DNA of 64,000 bases from Auanema rhodensis (taxonomy: Eukaryota; Animalia; Nematoda): contig OZ059900.1 in the NCBI GenBank assembly GCA_964057225.1, positions 22,506,001 to 22,570,000 of the forward strand, given 5' to 3'. The first letter of the stretch is position 1, and every line of letters starts with the position of its first letter. Below the pieces are notes generated by a model. It did not search any database, was not told where the DNA came from, and saw only the letters and a program-made list of their open reading frames with translations. Both the position numbers and the translations under genes were made by a program. This document shows positions 41,301 to 56,900 of the stretch, in pieces.

Positions 41301-44300
41301 CGTCAAATGCAATTAATTTCAGCGTGTTACATACTAAAATGAAGCATTTTACATGCTGAACACTAAAAAAATACAAAAACACAGTATTTCCCATGAGAAA
41401 TATTTTATTATGCTGGAAAACCAGTTTTTGGAAAGTTCGCTGTAAACAAGGTTTTGACTTACGATTTCATGTGTTCAAACTCATGCAATGTCAATGAAAC
41501 CTAGCTCAAAATTGTTCGTACAACGTCTAGTTCCACTTTCACGACAAAAAAACAGGGGTTAGAAAATTAAGGAAATTAGCATATTCTGAGGGCACGCCCC
41601 TTATGGCTAATATTGATTAAATCGATTTTTGTTCATATGAGTCGTCAAATGCAATTAATTTCAGCGTGTTACATACTAAAATGAAGCATTTTACATGCTG
41701 AACACTAAAAAAATACAAAAACACAGTATTTCCCATGAGAAATATTTTATTATGCTGGAAAACCAGTTTTTGGAAAGTTCGCTGTAAACAAGGTTTTGAC
41801 TTACGATTTCATGTGTTCAAACTCATGCAATGTCAATGAAACCTAGCTCAAAATTGTTCGTACAACGTCTAGTTCCACTTTCACGACAAAAAAACAGGGG
41901 TTAGAAAATTAAGGAAATTAGCATATTCTGAGGGCACGCCCCTTATGGCTAATATTGATTAAATCGATTTTTGTTCATATGAGTCGTCAAATGCAATTAA
42001 TTTCAGCGTGTTACATACTAAAATGAAGCATTTTACATGCTGAACACTAAAAAAATACAAAAACACAGTATTTCCCATGAGAAATATTTTATTATGCTGG
42101 AAAACGAGTTTTTGGAAATTTCGCTGTAAACAAGGTTTTGACTTACGATTTCATGTGTTCAAACTCATGCAATGTCAATGAAACCTAGCTCAAAATTGTT
42201 CCTACAACGTCTAGTTCCACTTTCACGACAAAAAAACAGGGGTTAGAAAATTAAGGAAATTAGCATATTCTGAGGGCACGCCCCTTATGGCTAATATTGA
42301 TTAAATCGATTTTTGTTCATATGAGTCGTCAAATGCAACGAATTTCAGCGTGTTACATACTTAAATGAAGCATTTTACATGCTGAACACTAGAAAAATAC
42401 AAAAACACAGTTTTTCCCATGAGAAATATTTTATTATGCTGGAAAACCAGTTTTTGGAAATTTCGCTGTAAACAAGGTTTTGACTTACGATTTCATGTGT
42501 TCAAACTCATGCAATGTCAATAAAACCTAGCTCAAAATTGTTCGTACAACGTCTAGTTCCACTTTCACGACAAAAAAACAGGGGTTAGAAAATTTAGGAA
42601 ATTAGCATATTCTGAGGGCACGCCCCTTATGGCTAATATTGATTAAATCGATTTTTGTTCATATGAGTCGTCAAATGCAACGAATTTCAGCGTGTTACAT
42701 ACTAAAATGAAGCATTTTACATGCTGAACACTAGAAAAATACAAAAACACAGTTTTTCCCATGAGAAATATTTTATTATGCTGGAAAACCAGTTTTTGGA
42801 AATTTCGCTGTAAACAAGGTTTTGACTTACGATTTCATGTGTTCAAACTCATGCAATGTCAATGAAAGCTAGCTCAAAATTGTTCGTACAACGTCTAGTT
42901 CCACTTTCACGACAAAAAAACAGGGGTTAGAAAATTTAGGAAATTAGCATATTCTGAGGGCACGCCCCTTATGGCTAATATTGATTAAATCGATTTTTGT
43001 TCATATGAGTCGTCAAATGCAACGAATTTCATCGTGTTACATACTAAAATGAAGTATTTTACATGCTGAACACTAGAAAAATACAAAAAACAGTATTTCC
43101 CATGAGAAATATTTTATTATGCTGGAAAACCAGTTTTTGGAAGTTTCGCTGTAAACAAGGTTTTGACTTACGATTTCATGTGTTCAAACTCATGCAATGT
43201 CAATGAAACCTAGCTCAAAATTGTTCCTACAACGTCTAATTCCACTTTCACGACAAAAAAACAGGGGTTAGAAAATTAAGGAAATTAGCATATTCTGAGG
43301 GCACGCCCCTTATGGCTAATATTGATTAAATCGATTTTTGTTCATATGAGTCGTCAAATGCAACGAATTTCAGCGTGTTACATACTAAAATGAAGCATTT
43401 TACATGCTGAACACTATAAAAATACAAAAACACAGTATTTCCCATGAGAAATATTTTATTATGTTGGAAACCAGTTTTTGGAATTTTCGCTGTAAACAAG
43501 GTTTTGACTTACGATTTCATGTGTTCAAACTCATGCAATGTCAATAAAACCTAGCTCAAAATTGTTCGTACAACGTCTAGTTCCACTTTCACGACAAAAA
43601 AACAGGGGTTAGAAAATTTAGGAAATTAGCATATTCTGAGGGCACGCCCCTTATGGCTAATATTGATTAAATCGATTTTTGTTCATATGAGTCGTCAAAT
43701 GCAACGAATTTCATCGTGTTACATACTAAAATGAAGTATTTTATATGCTGAACACTAGAAAAATACAAAAAACAGTATTTCCCATGAGAAATATTTTATT
43801 ATGCTGGAAAACCAGTTTTTGGAAGTTTCGCTGTAAACAAGGTTTTGACTTACGATTTCATGTGTTCAAACTCATGCAATGTCAATGAAACCTAGCTCAA
43901 AATTGTTCCTACAACGTCTAATTCCACTTTCACGACAAAAAAACAGGGGTTAGAAAATTAAGGAAATTAGCATATTCTGAGGGCACGCCCCTTATGGCTA
44001 ATATTGATTAAATCGATTTTTGTTCATATGAGTCGTCAAATGCAACGAATTTCAGCGTGTTACATACTAAAATGAAGCATTTTACATGCTGAACACTATA
44101 AAAATACAAAAACACAGTATTTCCCATGAGAAATATTTTATTATGCTGGAAAACCAGTTTTTGGAAATTTCGCTGTAAACAAGGTTTTGACTTACGATTT
44201 CATGTGTTCAAACTCATGCAATGTCAATGAAACCTAGCTCAAAATTGTTCCTACAACGTCTAGTTCCACTTTCACGACAAAAAACAGGGGTTAGAAAATT

Positions 44301-47300
44301 AAGGAAATTAGCATATTCTGAGGGCACGCCCCTTATGGCTAATATTGATTAAATCGATTTTTGTTCATATGAGTCGTCAAATGCAACGAATTTCAGCGTG
44401 TTACATACTAAAATGAAGCATTTTACATGCTGAACACTAGAAAAATACAAAAACACAGTATTTCCCATGAGAAATATTTTATTATGCTGGAAAACCAGTT
44501 TTTGGAAAGTTCGCTGTAAACAAGGTTTTGACTTACGATTTCATGTGTTCAAACTCATGCAATGTCAATGAAACCTAGCTCAAAATTGTTCGTACAACGT
44601 CTAGTTCCACTTTCACGACAAAAAAACAGGGGTTAGAAAATTAAGGAAATTAGCATATTCTGAGGGCACGCCCCTTATGGCTAATATTGATTAAATCGAT
44701 TTTTGTTCATATGAGTCGTCAAATGCAATTAATTTCAGCGTGTTACATACTAAAATGAAGCATTTTACATGCTGAACACTAAAAAAATACAAAAACACAG
44801 TATTTCCCATGAGAAATATTTTATTATGCTGGAAAACCAGTTTTTGGAAAGTTCGCTGTAAACAAGGTTTTGACTTACGATTTCATGTGTTCAAACTCAT
44901 GCAATGTCAATGAAACCTAGCTCAAAATTGTTCGTACAACGTCTAGTTCCACTTTCACGACAAAAAAACAGGGGTTAGAAAATTAAGGAAATTAGCATAT
45001 TCTGAGGGCACGCCCCTTATGGCTAATATTGATTAAATCGATTTTTGTTCATATGAGTCGTCAAATGCAATTAATTTCAGCGTGTTACATACTAAAATGA
45101 AGCATTTTACATGCTGAACACTAAAAAAATACAAAAACACAGTATTTCCCATGAGAAATATTTTATTATGCTGGAAAACCAGTTTTTGGAAAGTTCGCTG
45201 TAAACAAGGTTTTGACTTACGATTTCATGTGTTCAAACTCATGCAATGTCAATGAAACCTAGCTCAAAATTGTTCGTACAACGTCTAGTTCCACTTTCAC
45301 GACAAAAAAACAGGGGTTAGAAAATTAAGGAAATTAGCATATTCTGAGGGCACGCCCATTATGGCTAATATTGATTAAATCGATTTTTGTTCATATGAGT
45401 CGTCAAATGCAATTAATTTCAGCGTGTTACATACTAAAATGAAGCATTTTACATGCTGAACACTAAAAAAATACAAAAACACAGTATTTCCCATGAGAAA
45501 TATTTTATTATGCTGGAAAACGAGTTTTTGGAAATTTCGCTGTAAACAAGGTTTTGACTTACGATTTCATGTGTTCAAACTCATGCAATGTCAATGAAAC
45601 CTAGCTCAAAATTGTTCCTACAACGTCTAGTTCCACTTTCACGACAAAAAAACAGGGGTTAGAAAATTAAGGAAATTAGCATATTCTGAGGGCACGCCCC
45701 TTATGGCTAATATTGATTAAATCGATTTTTGTTCATATGAGTCGTCAAATGCAACGAATTTCAGCGTGTTACATACTTAAATGAAGCATTTTACATGCTG
45801 AACACTAGAAAAATACAAAAACACAGTTTTTCCCATGAGAAATATTTTATTATGCTGGAAAACCAGTTTTTGGAAATTTCGCTGTAAACAAGGTTTTGAC
45901 TTACGATTTCATGTGTTCAAACTCATGCAATGTCAATGAAACCTAGCTCAAAATTGTTCGTACAACGTCTAGTTCCACTTTCACGACAAAAAAACAGGGG
46001 TTAGAAAATTAAGGAAATTAGCATATTCTGAGGGCACGCCCCTTATGGCTAATATTGATTAAATCGATTTTTGTGCATATGAGTCGTCAAATGCAACGAA
46101 TTTCAGCGTGTTACATACTAAAATGAAGCATTTTACATGCTGAACACTAGAAAAATACAAAAACACAGTATTTCCCATGAGAAATATTTTATTATGCTGG
46201 AAAACCAGTTTTTGGAAAGTTCGCTGTAAACAAGGTTTTGACTTACGATTTCATGTGTTCAAACTCATGCAATGTCAATGAAACCTAGCTCAAAATTGTT
46301 CGTAAAACGTCTAGTTCCACTTTCACGACAAAAAAACAGGGGTTAGAAAATTAAGGAAATTAGCATATTCTGAGGGCACGCCCCTTATGGCTAATATTGA
46401 TTAAATCGATTTTTGTTCATATGAGTCGTCAAATGCAATTAATTTCAGCGTGTTACATACTAAAATGAAGCATTTTACATGCTGAACACTAAAAAAATAC
46501 AAAAACACAGTATTTCCCATGAGAAATATTTTATTATGCTGGAAAACCAGTTTTTGGAAAGTTCGCTGTAAACAAGGTTTTGACTTACGATTTCATGTGT
46601 TCAAACTCATGCAATGTCAATGAAACCTAGCTCAAAATTGTTCGTACAACGTCTAGTTCCACTTTCACGACAAAAAAACAGGGGTTAGAAAATTAAGGAA
46701 ATTAGCATATTCTGAGGGCACGCCCCTTATGGCTAATATTGATTAAATCGATTTTTGTTCATATGAGTCGTCAAATGCAATTAATTTCAGCGTGTTACAT
46801 ACTAAAATGAAGCATTTTACATGCTGAACACTAAAAAAATACAAAAACACAGTATTTCCCATGAGAAATATTTTATTATGCTGGAAAACCAGTTTTTGGA
46901 AAGTTCGCTGTAAACAAGGTTTTGACTTACGATTTCATGTGTTCAAACTCATGCAATGTCAATGAAACCTAGCTCAAAATTGTTCGTACAACGTCTAGTT
47001 CCACTTTCACGACAAAAAAACAGGGGTTAGAAAATTAAGGAAATTAGCATATTCTGAGGGCACGCCCCTTATGGCTAATATTGATTAAATCGATTTTTGT
47101 TCATATGAGTCGTCAAATGCAATTAATTTCAGCGTGTTACATACTAAAATGAAGCATTTTACATGCTGAACACTAAAAAAATACAAAAACACAGTATTTC
47201 CCATGAGAAATATTTTATTATGCTGGAAAACGAGTTTTTGGAAATTTCGCTGTAAACAAGGTTTTGACTTACGATTTCATGTGTTCAAACTCATGCAATG

Positions 47301-47500
47301 TCAATGAAACCTAGCTCAAAATTGTTCCTACAACGTCTAGTTCCACTTTCACGACAAAAAAACAGGGGTTAGAAAATTAAGGAAATTAGCATATTCTGAG
47401 GGCACGCCCCTTATGGCTAATATTGATTAAATCGATTTTTGTTCATATGAGTCGTCAAATGCAACGAATTTCAGCGTGTTACATACTTAAATGAAGCATT
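29389..47500 (+). repeat. Satellite sub-domain built around a ~10-mer HOR (3416 bp) and its derivatives
   Basis: Full units at 32118-35533 and 40658-44073. Markers are GAAAGCT, ATACAAAAAACAG (C deletion), TTTATATG, CAATAAAAC and runs of GCAATTAAT monomers. Confidence 0.82.
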
Positions 47501-50500
47501 TTACATGCTGAACACTAGAAAAATACAAAAACACAGTATTTCCCATGAGAAATATTTTATTATACTGGAAACCAGTTTTTGGAATTTTCGCTGTAAACAA
47601 GGTTTTGACTTACGATTTCATGTGTTCAAACTCATGCAATGTCAATGAAACCTAGCTCAAAACTGTTCGTACAACGTCTAGTTCCACTTTCACGACAAAA
47701 AAACAGGGGTTAGAAAATTTAGGAAATTAGCATACTCTGAGGGCACGCCCCTTATGGCTAATATTGATTAAATCGATTTTTGTTCATATGAGTCGTCAAA
47801 TGCAATTAATTTCAGCGTGTTACATACTAAAATGAAGCATTTTACATGCTGAACACTAAAAAAATACAAAAACACAGTATTTCCCATGAGAAATATTTTA
47901 TTATGCTGGAAAACGAGTTTTTGGAAATTTCGCTGTAAACAAGGTTTTGACTTACGATTTCATGTGTTCAAACTCATGCAATGTCAATGAAACCTAGCTC
48001 AAAATTGTTCCTACAACGTCTAGTTCCACTTTCACGACAAAAAAACAGGGGTTAGAAAATTAAGGAAATTAGCATATTCTGAGGGCACGCCCCTTATGGC
48101 TAATATTGATTAAATCGATTTTTGTTCATATGAGTCGTCAAATGCAACGAATTTCAGCGTGTTACATACTTAAATGAAGCATTTTACATGCTGAACACTA
48201 GAAAAATACAAAAACACAGTATTTCCCATGAGAAATATTTTATTATACTGGAAACTAGTTTTTGGAATTTTCGCTGTAAACAAGGTTTTGACTTACGATT
48301 TCATGTGTTCAAACTCATGCAATGTCAATGAAACCTAGCTCAAAACTGTTCGTACAACGTCTAGTTCCACTTTCACGACAAAAAAACAGGGGTTAGAAAA
48401 TTTAGGAAATTAGCATATTCTGAGGGCACGCCCCTTATGGCTAATATTGATTAAATCGATTTTTGTTCATATGAGTCGTCAAATGCAACGAATTTCAGCG
48501 TGTTACATACTAAAATGAAGTATTTTACATGCTGAACACTAGAAAAGTACAAAAACACAGTATTTCCCATAAGAAATATTTTATTATACTGGAAACCAGT
48601 TTTTGGAATTTTCGCTGTAAACAAGGTTTTGACTTACGATTTCATGTGTTCAAACTCATGCAATGTCAATGAAACCTAGCTCAAAATTGTTCGTACAACG
48701 TCTAGTTCCACTTTCACGACAAAAAAACAGGGGTTAGAAAATTAAGGAAATTAGCATATTCTGAGGGCACGCCCCTTATGGCTAATATTGATTAAATCGA
48801 TTTTTGTTCATATGAGTCGTCAAATGCAATTAATTTCAGCGTGTTACATACTTAAATGAAGCATTTTACATGCTGAACACTAGAAAAATACAAAAACACA
48901 GTATTTCCCATGAGAAATATTTTATTATACTGGAAACCAGTTTTTGGAATTTTCGCTGTAAACAAGGTTTTGACTTACGATTTCATGTGTTCAAACTCAT
49001 GCAATGTCAATGAAACCTAGCTCAAAACTGTTCGTACAACGTCTAGTTCCACTTTCACGACAAAAAAACAGGGGTTAGAAAATTTAGGAAATTAGCATAT
49101 TCTGAGGGCACGCCCCTTATGGCTAATATTGATTAAATCGATTTTTGTTCATATGAGTCGTCAAATGCAACGAATTTCAGCGTGTTACATACTAAAATGA
49201 AGCATTTTACATGCTGAACACTAGAAAAATACAAAAACACAGTTTTTCCCATGAGAAATATTTTATTATGCTGGAAAACCAGTTTTTGGAAATTTCGCTG
49301 TAAACAAGGTTTTGACTTACGATTTCATGTGTTCAAACTCATGCAATGTCAATGAAACCTAGCTCAAAATTGTTCGTACAACGTCTAGTTCCACTTTCAC
49401 GACAAAAAAACAGGGGTTAGAAAATTTAGGAAATTAGCATATTCTGAGGGCACGCCCCTTATGGCTAATATTGATTAAATCGATTTTTGTTCATATGAGT
49501 CGTCAAATGCAACGAATTTCATCGTGTTACATACTAAAATGAAGTATTTTACATGCTGAACACTAGAAAAATACAAAAACACAGTATTTCCCATGAGAAA
49601 TATTTTATTATGCTGGAAAACCAGTTTTTGGAAGTTTCGCTGTAAACAAGGTTTTGACTTACGATTTCATGTGTTCAAACTCATGCAATGTCAATGAAAC
49701 CTAGCTCAAAATTGTTCCTACAACGTCTAATTCCACTTTCACGACAAAAAAACAGGGGTTAGAAAATTAAGGAAATTAGCATATTCTGAGGGCACGCCCC
49801 TTATGGCTAATATTGATTAAATCGATTTTTGTTCATATGAGTCGTCAAATGCAACGAATTTCAGCGTGTTACATACTAAAATGAAGCATTTTACATGCTG
49901 AACACTATAAAAATACAAAAACACAGTATTTCCCATGAGAAATATTTTATTATGCTGGAAAACCAGTTTTTGGAAATTTCGCTGTAAACAAGGTTTTGAC
50001 TTACGATTTCATGTGTTCAAACTCATGCAATGTCAATGAAACCTAGCTCAAAATTGTTCCTACAACGTCTAGTTCCACTTTCACGACAAAAAACAGGGGT
50101 TAGAAAATTAAGGAAATTAGCATATTCTGAGGGCACGCCCCTTATGGCTAATATTGATTAAATCGATTTTTGTTCATATGAGTCGTCAAATGCAACGAAT
50201 TTCAGCGTGTTACATACTAAAATGAAGCATTTTACATGCTGAACACTAGAAAAATACAAAAACACAGTATTTCCCATGAGAAATATTTTATTATGCTGGA
50301 AAACCAGTTTTTGGAAAGTTCGCTGTAAACAAGGTTTTGACTTACGATTTCATGTGTTCAAACTCATGCAATGTCAATGAAACCTAGCTCAAAATTGTTC
50401 GTACAACGTCTAGTTCCACTTTCACGACAAAAAAACAGGGGTTAGAAAATTAAGGAAATTAGCATATTCTGAGGGCACGCCCCTTATGGCTAATATTGAT

Positions 50501-50907
50501 TAAATCGATTTTTGTTCATATGAGTCGTCAAATGCAATTAATTTCAGCGTGTTACATACTAAAATGAAGCATTTTACATGCTGAACACTAAAAAAATACA
50601 AAAACACAGTATTTCCCATGAGAAATATTTTATTATGCTGGAAAACCAGTTTTTGGAAAGTTCGCTGTAAACAAGGTTTTGACTTACGATTTCATGTGTT
50701 CAAACTCATGCAATGTCAATGAAACCTAGCTCAAAATTGTTCGTACAACGTCTAGTTCCACTTTCACGACAAAAAAACAGGGGTTAGAAAATTAAGGAAA
50801 TTAGCATATTCTGAGGGCACGCCCCTTATGGCTAATATTGATTAAATCGATTTTTGTTCATATGAGTCGTCAAATGCAATTAATTTCAGCGTGTTACATA
50901 CTAAAAT

Positions 50908-53900
50908 GAAGCATTTTACATGCTGAACACTAAAAAAATACAAAAACACAGTATTTCCCATGAGAAATATTTTATTATGCTGGAAAACGAGTTTTTGGAA
51001 ATTTCGCTGTAAACAAGGTTTTGACTTACGATTTCATGTGTTCAAACTCATGCAATGTCAATGAAACCTAGCTCAAAATTGTTCCTACAACGTCTAGTTC
51101 CACTTTCACGACAAAAAAACAGGGGTTAGAAAATTAAGGAAATTAGCATATTCTGAGGGCACGCCCCTTATGGCTAATATTGATTAAATCGATTTTTGTT
51201 CATATGAGTCGTCAAATGCAACGAATTTCAGCGTGTTACATACTTAAATGAAGCATTTTACATGCTGAACACTAGAAAAATACAAAAACACAGTATTTCC
51301 CATGAGAAATATTTTATTATACTGGAAACCAGTTTTTGGAATTTTCGCTGTAAACAAGGTTTTGACTTACGATTTCATGTGTTCAAACTCATGCAATGTC
51401 AATGAAACCTAGCTCAAAACTGTTCGTACAACGTCTAGTTCCACTTTCACGACAAAAAAACAGGGGTTAGAAAATTTAGGAAATTAGCATATTCTGAGGG
51501 CACGCCCCTTATGGCTAATATTGATTAAATCGATTTTTGTTCATATGAGTCGTCAAATGCAACGAATTTCAGCGTGTTACATACTAAAATGAAGCATTTT
51601 ACATGCTGAACACTAGAAAAATACAAAAACACAGTTTTTCCCATGAGAAATATTTTATTATGCTGGAAAACCAGTTTTTGGAAATTTCGCTGTAAACAAG
51701 GTTTTGACTTACGATTTCATGTGTTCAAACTCATGCAATGTCAATGAAACCTAGCTCAAAACTGTTCGTACAACGTCTGGTTCCACTTTCACGACAAAAA
51801 AACAGGGGTTAGAAAATTTAGGAAATTAGCATATTCTGAGGGCACGCCCCTTATGGCTAATATTGATTAAATCGATTTTTGTTCATATGAGTCGTCAAAT
51901 GCAACGAATTTCAGCGTGTTACATACTAAAATGAAGTATTTTACATGCTGAACACTAGAAAAATACAAAAACACAGTATTTCCCATAAGAAATATTTTAT
52001 TATGCTGGAAAACCAGTTTTTGGAAATTTCGCTGTAAACAAGGTTTTGACTTACGATTTCATGTGTTCAAACTCATGCAATGTCAATGAAACCTAGCTCA
52101 AAATTGTTCGTACAACGTCTAGTTACACTTTCACGACAAAAAAACAGGGGTTAGAAAATTAAGGAAATTAGCATATTCTGAGGGCACGCCCCTTATGGCT
52201 AATATTGATTAAATCGATGTTTGTTCATATGAGTCGTCAAATGCAACGAATTTCAGCGTGTTACATACTAAAATGAAGTATTTTACATGCTGAACACTAG
52301 AAAAATACAAAAACACAGTATTTCCCATGAGAAATATTTTATTATGCTGGAAAACCAGTTTTTGGAAATTTCGCTGTAAACAAGGTTTTGACTTACGATT
52401 TCATGTGTTCAAACTCATGCAATGTCAATGAAACCTAGCTCAAAATTGTTTGTACAACGTCTAGTTCCACTTTCACGACAAAAAAACAGGGGTTAGAAAA
52501 TTAAGGAAATTAGCATATTCTGAGGGCACGCCCCTTATGGCTAATATTGATTAAATCGATTTTTGTTCATATGAGTAGTCAAATGCAACGAATTTCAGCG
52601 TGTTACATACTTAAATGAAGCATTTTACATGCTGAACACTAGAAAAATACAAAAACACAGTATTTCCCATGAGAAATATTTTATTATACTGGAAACCAGT
52701 TTTTGGAATTTTCGCTGTAAACAAGGTTTTGACTTACAATTTCATGTGTTCAAACTCATGCAATGTCAATGAAACCTAGCTCAAAATTGTTCGTACAACG
52801 TCTAGTTCCACTTTCACGACAAAAAAACAGGGGTTAGAAAATTAAGGAAATTAGCATATTCTGAGGGCACGCCCCTTATGGCTAATATTGATTAAATCGA
52901 TTTTTGTTCATATGAGTCGTCAAATGCAACGAATTTCAGCGTGTTACATACTAAAATGAAGCATTTTACATGCTGAACACTAGAAAAATACAAAAACACA
53001 GTATTTCCCATGAGAAATATTTTATTATGCTGGAAAACCAGTTTTTGGAAATTTCGCTGTAAACAAGGTTTTGACTTACGATTTCATGTGTTCAAACTCA
53101 TGCAATGTCAATGAAACCTAGCTCAAAATTGTTCGTACAACGTCTAGTTCCACTTTCACGACAAAAAAACAGGGGTTAGAAAATTTAGGAAATTAGCATA
53201 TTCTGAGGGCACGCCCCTTATGGCTAATATTGATTAAATCGATTTTTGTTCATATGAGTCGTCAAATGCAACGAATTTCAGCGTGTTACATACTAAAATG
53301 AAGTATTTTGCATGCTGAACACTAGAAAAATACAAAAACACAGTATTTCCCATGAGAAATATTTTATTATGCTGGAAAACCAGTTTTTGGAAATTTCGCT
53401 GTAAACAAGGTTTTGACTTACGATTTCATGTGTTCAAACTCATGCAATGTCAATGAAACCTAGCTAAAAATTGTTCCTACAACGTCTAGTTCCACTTTCA
53501 CGACAAAAAACAGGGGTTAGAAAATTAAGGAAATTAGCATAATCTGAGGGCACGCCCCTTATGGCTAATATTGATTAAATCGATTTTTGTTCATATGAGT
53601 CGTCAAATGCAACGAATTTCAGCGTGTCACATACTTAAATGAAGCATTTTACATGCTGAACACTAGAAAAATACAAAAACACAGTATTTCCCATGAGAAA
53701 TATTTTATTATGCTGGAAAACCACTTTTTGGAAATTTCGCTGTAAACAAGGTTTTGACTTACGATTTCATGTGTTCAAACTCATGCAATGTCAATGAAAC
53801 CTAGCTCAAAACTGTTCCTACAACGTCTAGTTCCACTTTCACGACAAAAAAACAGGGGTTAGAAAATTAAGGAAATTAGCATATTCTGAGGGCACGACCC

Positions 53901-56900
53901 TTATGGCTAATATTGATTAAATCGATTTTTGTTCATATGAGTCGTCAAATGCAACGAATTTCAGCGTGTTACATACTAAAATGAAGCATTTTACATGCTG
54001 AACACTAAAAAAATACAAAAACACAGTATTTCCCATGAGAAATATTTTATTATGCTGGAAAACGAGTTTTTGGAAATTTCGCTGTAAACAAGGTTTTGAC
54101 TTACGATTTCATGTGTTCAAACTCATGCAATGTCAATGAAACCTAGCTCAAAATTGTTCCTACAACGTCTAGTTCCACTTTCACGACAAAAAAACAGGGG
54201 TTAGAAAATTAAGGAAATTAGCATATTCTGAGGGCACGCCCCTTATGGCTAATATTGATTAAATCGATTTTTGTTCATATGAGTCGTCAAATGCAACGAA
54301 TTTCAGCGTGTTACATACTTAAATGAAGCATTTTACATGCTGAACACTAGAAAAATACAAAAACACAGTATTTCCCATGAGAAATATTTTATTATACTGG
54401 AAACCAGTTTTTGGAATTTTCGCTGTAAACAAGGTTTTGACTTACGATTTCATGTGTTCAAACTCATGCAATGTCAATGAAACCTAGCTCAAAACTGTTC
54501 GTACAACGTCTAGTTCCACTTTCACGACAAAAAAACAGGGGTTAGAAAATTTAGGAAATTAGCATATTCTGAGGGCACGCCCCTTATGGCTAATATTGAT
54601 TAAATCGATTTTTGTTCATATGAGTCGTCAAATGCAACGAATTTCAGCGTGTTACATACTAAAATGAAGCATTTTACATGCTGAACACTAGAAAAATACA
54701 AAAACACAGTTTTTCCCATGAGAAATATTTTATTATGCTGGAAAACCAGTTTTTGGAAATTTCGCTGTAAACAAGGTTTTGACTTGCGATTTCATGTGTT
54801 CAAACTCATGCAATGTCAATGAAACCTAGCTCAAAACTGTTCGTACAACGTCTGGTTCCACTTTCACGACAAAAAAACAGGGGTTAGAAAATTTAGGAAA
54901 TTAGCATATTCTGAGGGCACGCCCCTTATGGCTAATATTGATTAAATCGATTTTTGTTCATATGAGTCGTCAAATGCAACGAATTTCAGCGTGTTACATA
55001 CTAAAATGAAGTATTTTACATGCTGAACACTAGAAAAATACAAAAACACAGTATTTCCCATAAGAAATATTTTATTATGCTGGAAAACCAGTTTTTGGAA
55101 ATTTCGCTGTAAACAAGGTTTTGACTTACGATTTCATGTGTTCAAACTCATGCAATGTCAATGAAACCTAGCTCAAAATTGTTCGTACAACGTCTAGTTA
55201 CACTTTCACGACAAAAAAACAGGGGTTAGAAAATTAAGGAAATTAGCATATTCTGAGGGCACGCCCCTTATGGCTAATATTGATTAAATCGATGTTTGTT
55301 CATATGAGTCGTCAAATGCAACGAATTTCAGCGTGTTACATACTAAAATGAAGTATTTTACATGCTGAACACTAGAAAAATACAAAAACACAGTATTTCC
55401 CATGAGAAATATTTTATTATACTGGAAACCAGTTTTTGGAATTTTCGCTGTAAACAAGGTTTTGACTTACAATTTCATGTGTTCAAACTCATGCAATGTC
55501 AATGAAACCTAGCTCAAAATTGTTCGTACAACGTCTAGTTCCACTTTCACGACAAAAAAACAGGGGTTAGAAAATTAAGGAAATTAGCATATTCTGAGGG
55601 CACGCCCCTTATGGCTAATATTGATTAAATCGATTTTTGTTCATATGAGTCGTCAAATGCAACGAATTTCAGCGTGTTACATACTAAAATGAAGCATTTT
55701 ACATGCTGAACACTAGAAAAATACAAAAACACAGTATTTCCCATGAGAAATATTTTATTATGCTGGAAAACCAGTTTTTGGAAATTTCGCTGTAAACAAG
55801 GTTTTGACTTACGATTTCATGTGTTCAAACTCATGCAATGTCAATGAAACCTAGCTCAAAATTGTTCGTACAACGTCTAGTTCCACTTTCACGACAAAAA
55901 AACAGGGGTTAGAAAATTTAGGAAATTAGCATATTCTGAGGGCACGCCCCTTATGGCTAATATTGATTAAATCGATTTTTGTTCATATGAGTCGTCAAAT
56001 GCAACGAATTTCAGCGTGTTACATACTAAAATGAAGTATTTTGCATGCTGAACACTAGAAAAATACAAAAACACAGTATTTCCCATGAGAAATATTTTAT
56101 TATGCTGGAAAACCAGTTTTTGGAAATTTCGCTGTAAACAAGGTTTTGACTTACGATTTCATGTGTTCAAACTCATGCAATGTCAATGAAACCTAGCTAA
56201 AAATTGTTCCTACAACGTCTAGTTCCACTTTCACGACAAAAAACAGGGGTTAGAAAATTAAGGAAATTAGCATAATCTGAGGGCACGCCCCTTATGGCTA
56301 ATATTGATTAAATCGATTTTTGTTCATATGAGTCGTCAAATGCAACGAATTTCAGCGTGTCACATACTTAAATGAAGCATTTTACATGCTGAACACTAGA
56401 AAAATACAAAAACACAGTATTTCCCATGAGAAATATTTTATTATGCTGGAAAACCACTTTTTGGAAATTTCGCTGTAAACAAGGTTTTGACTTACGATTT
56501 CATGTGTTCAAACTCATGCAATGTCAATGAAACCTAGCTCAAAACTGTTCCTACAACGTCTAGTTCCACTTTCACGACAAAAAAACAGGGGTTAGAAAAT
56601 TAAGGAAATTAGCATATTCTGAGGGCACGACCCTTATGTCCAATATTGATTAAATCGATTTTTGTTCATATGAGTCGTCAAATGCAACGAATTTCAGCGT
56701 GTTACATACTAAAATGAAGCATTTTACATGCTGAACACTAAAAAAATACAAAAACACAGTATTTCCCATGAGAAATATTTTATTATGCTGGAAAACGAGT
56801 TTTTGGAAATTTCGCTGTAAACAAGGTTTTGACTTACGATTTCATGTGTTCAAACTCATGCAATGTCAATGAAACCTAGCTCAAAATTGTTCCTACAACG

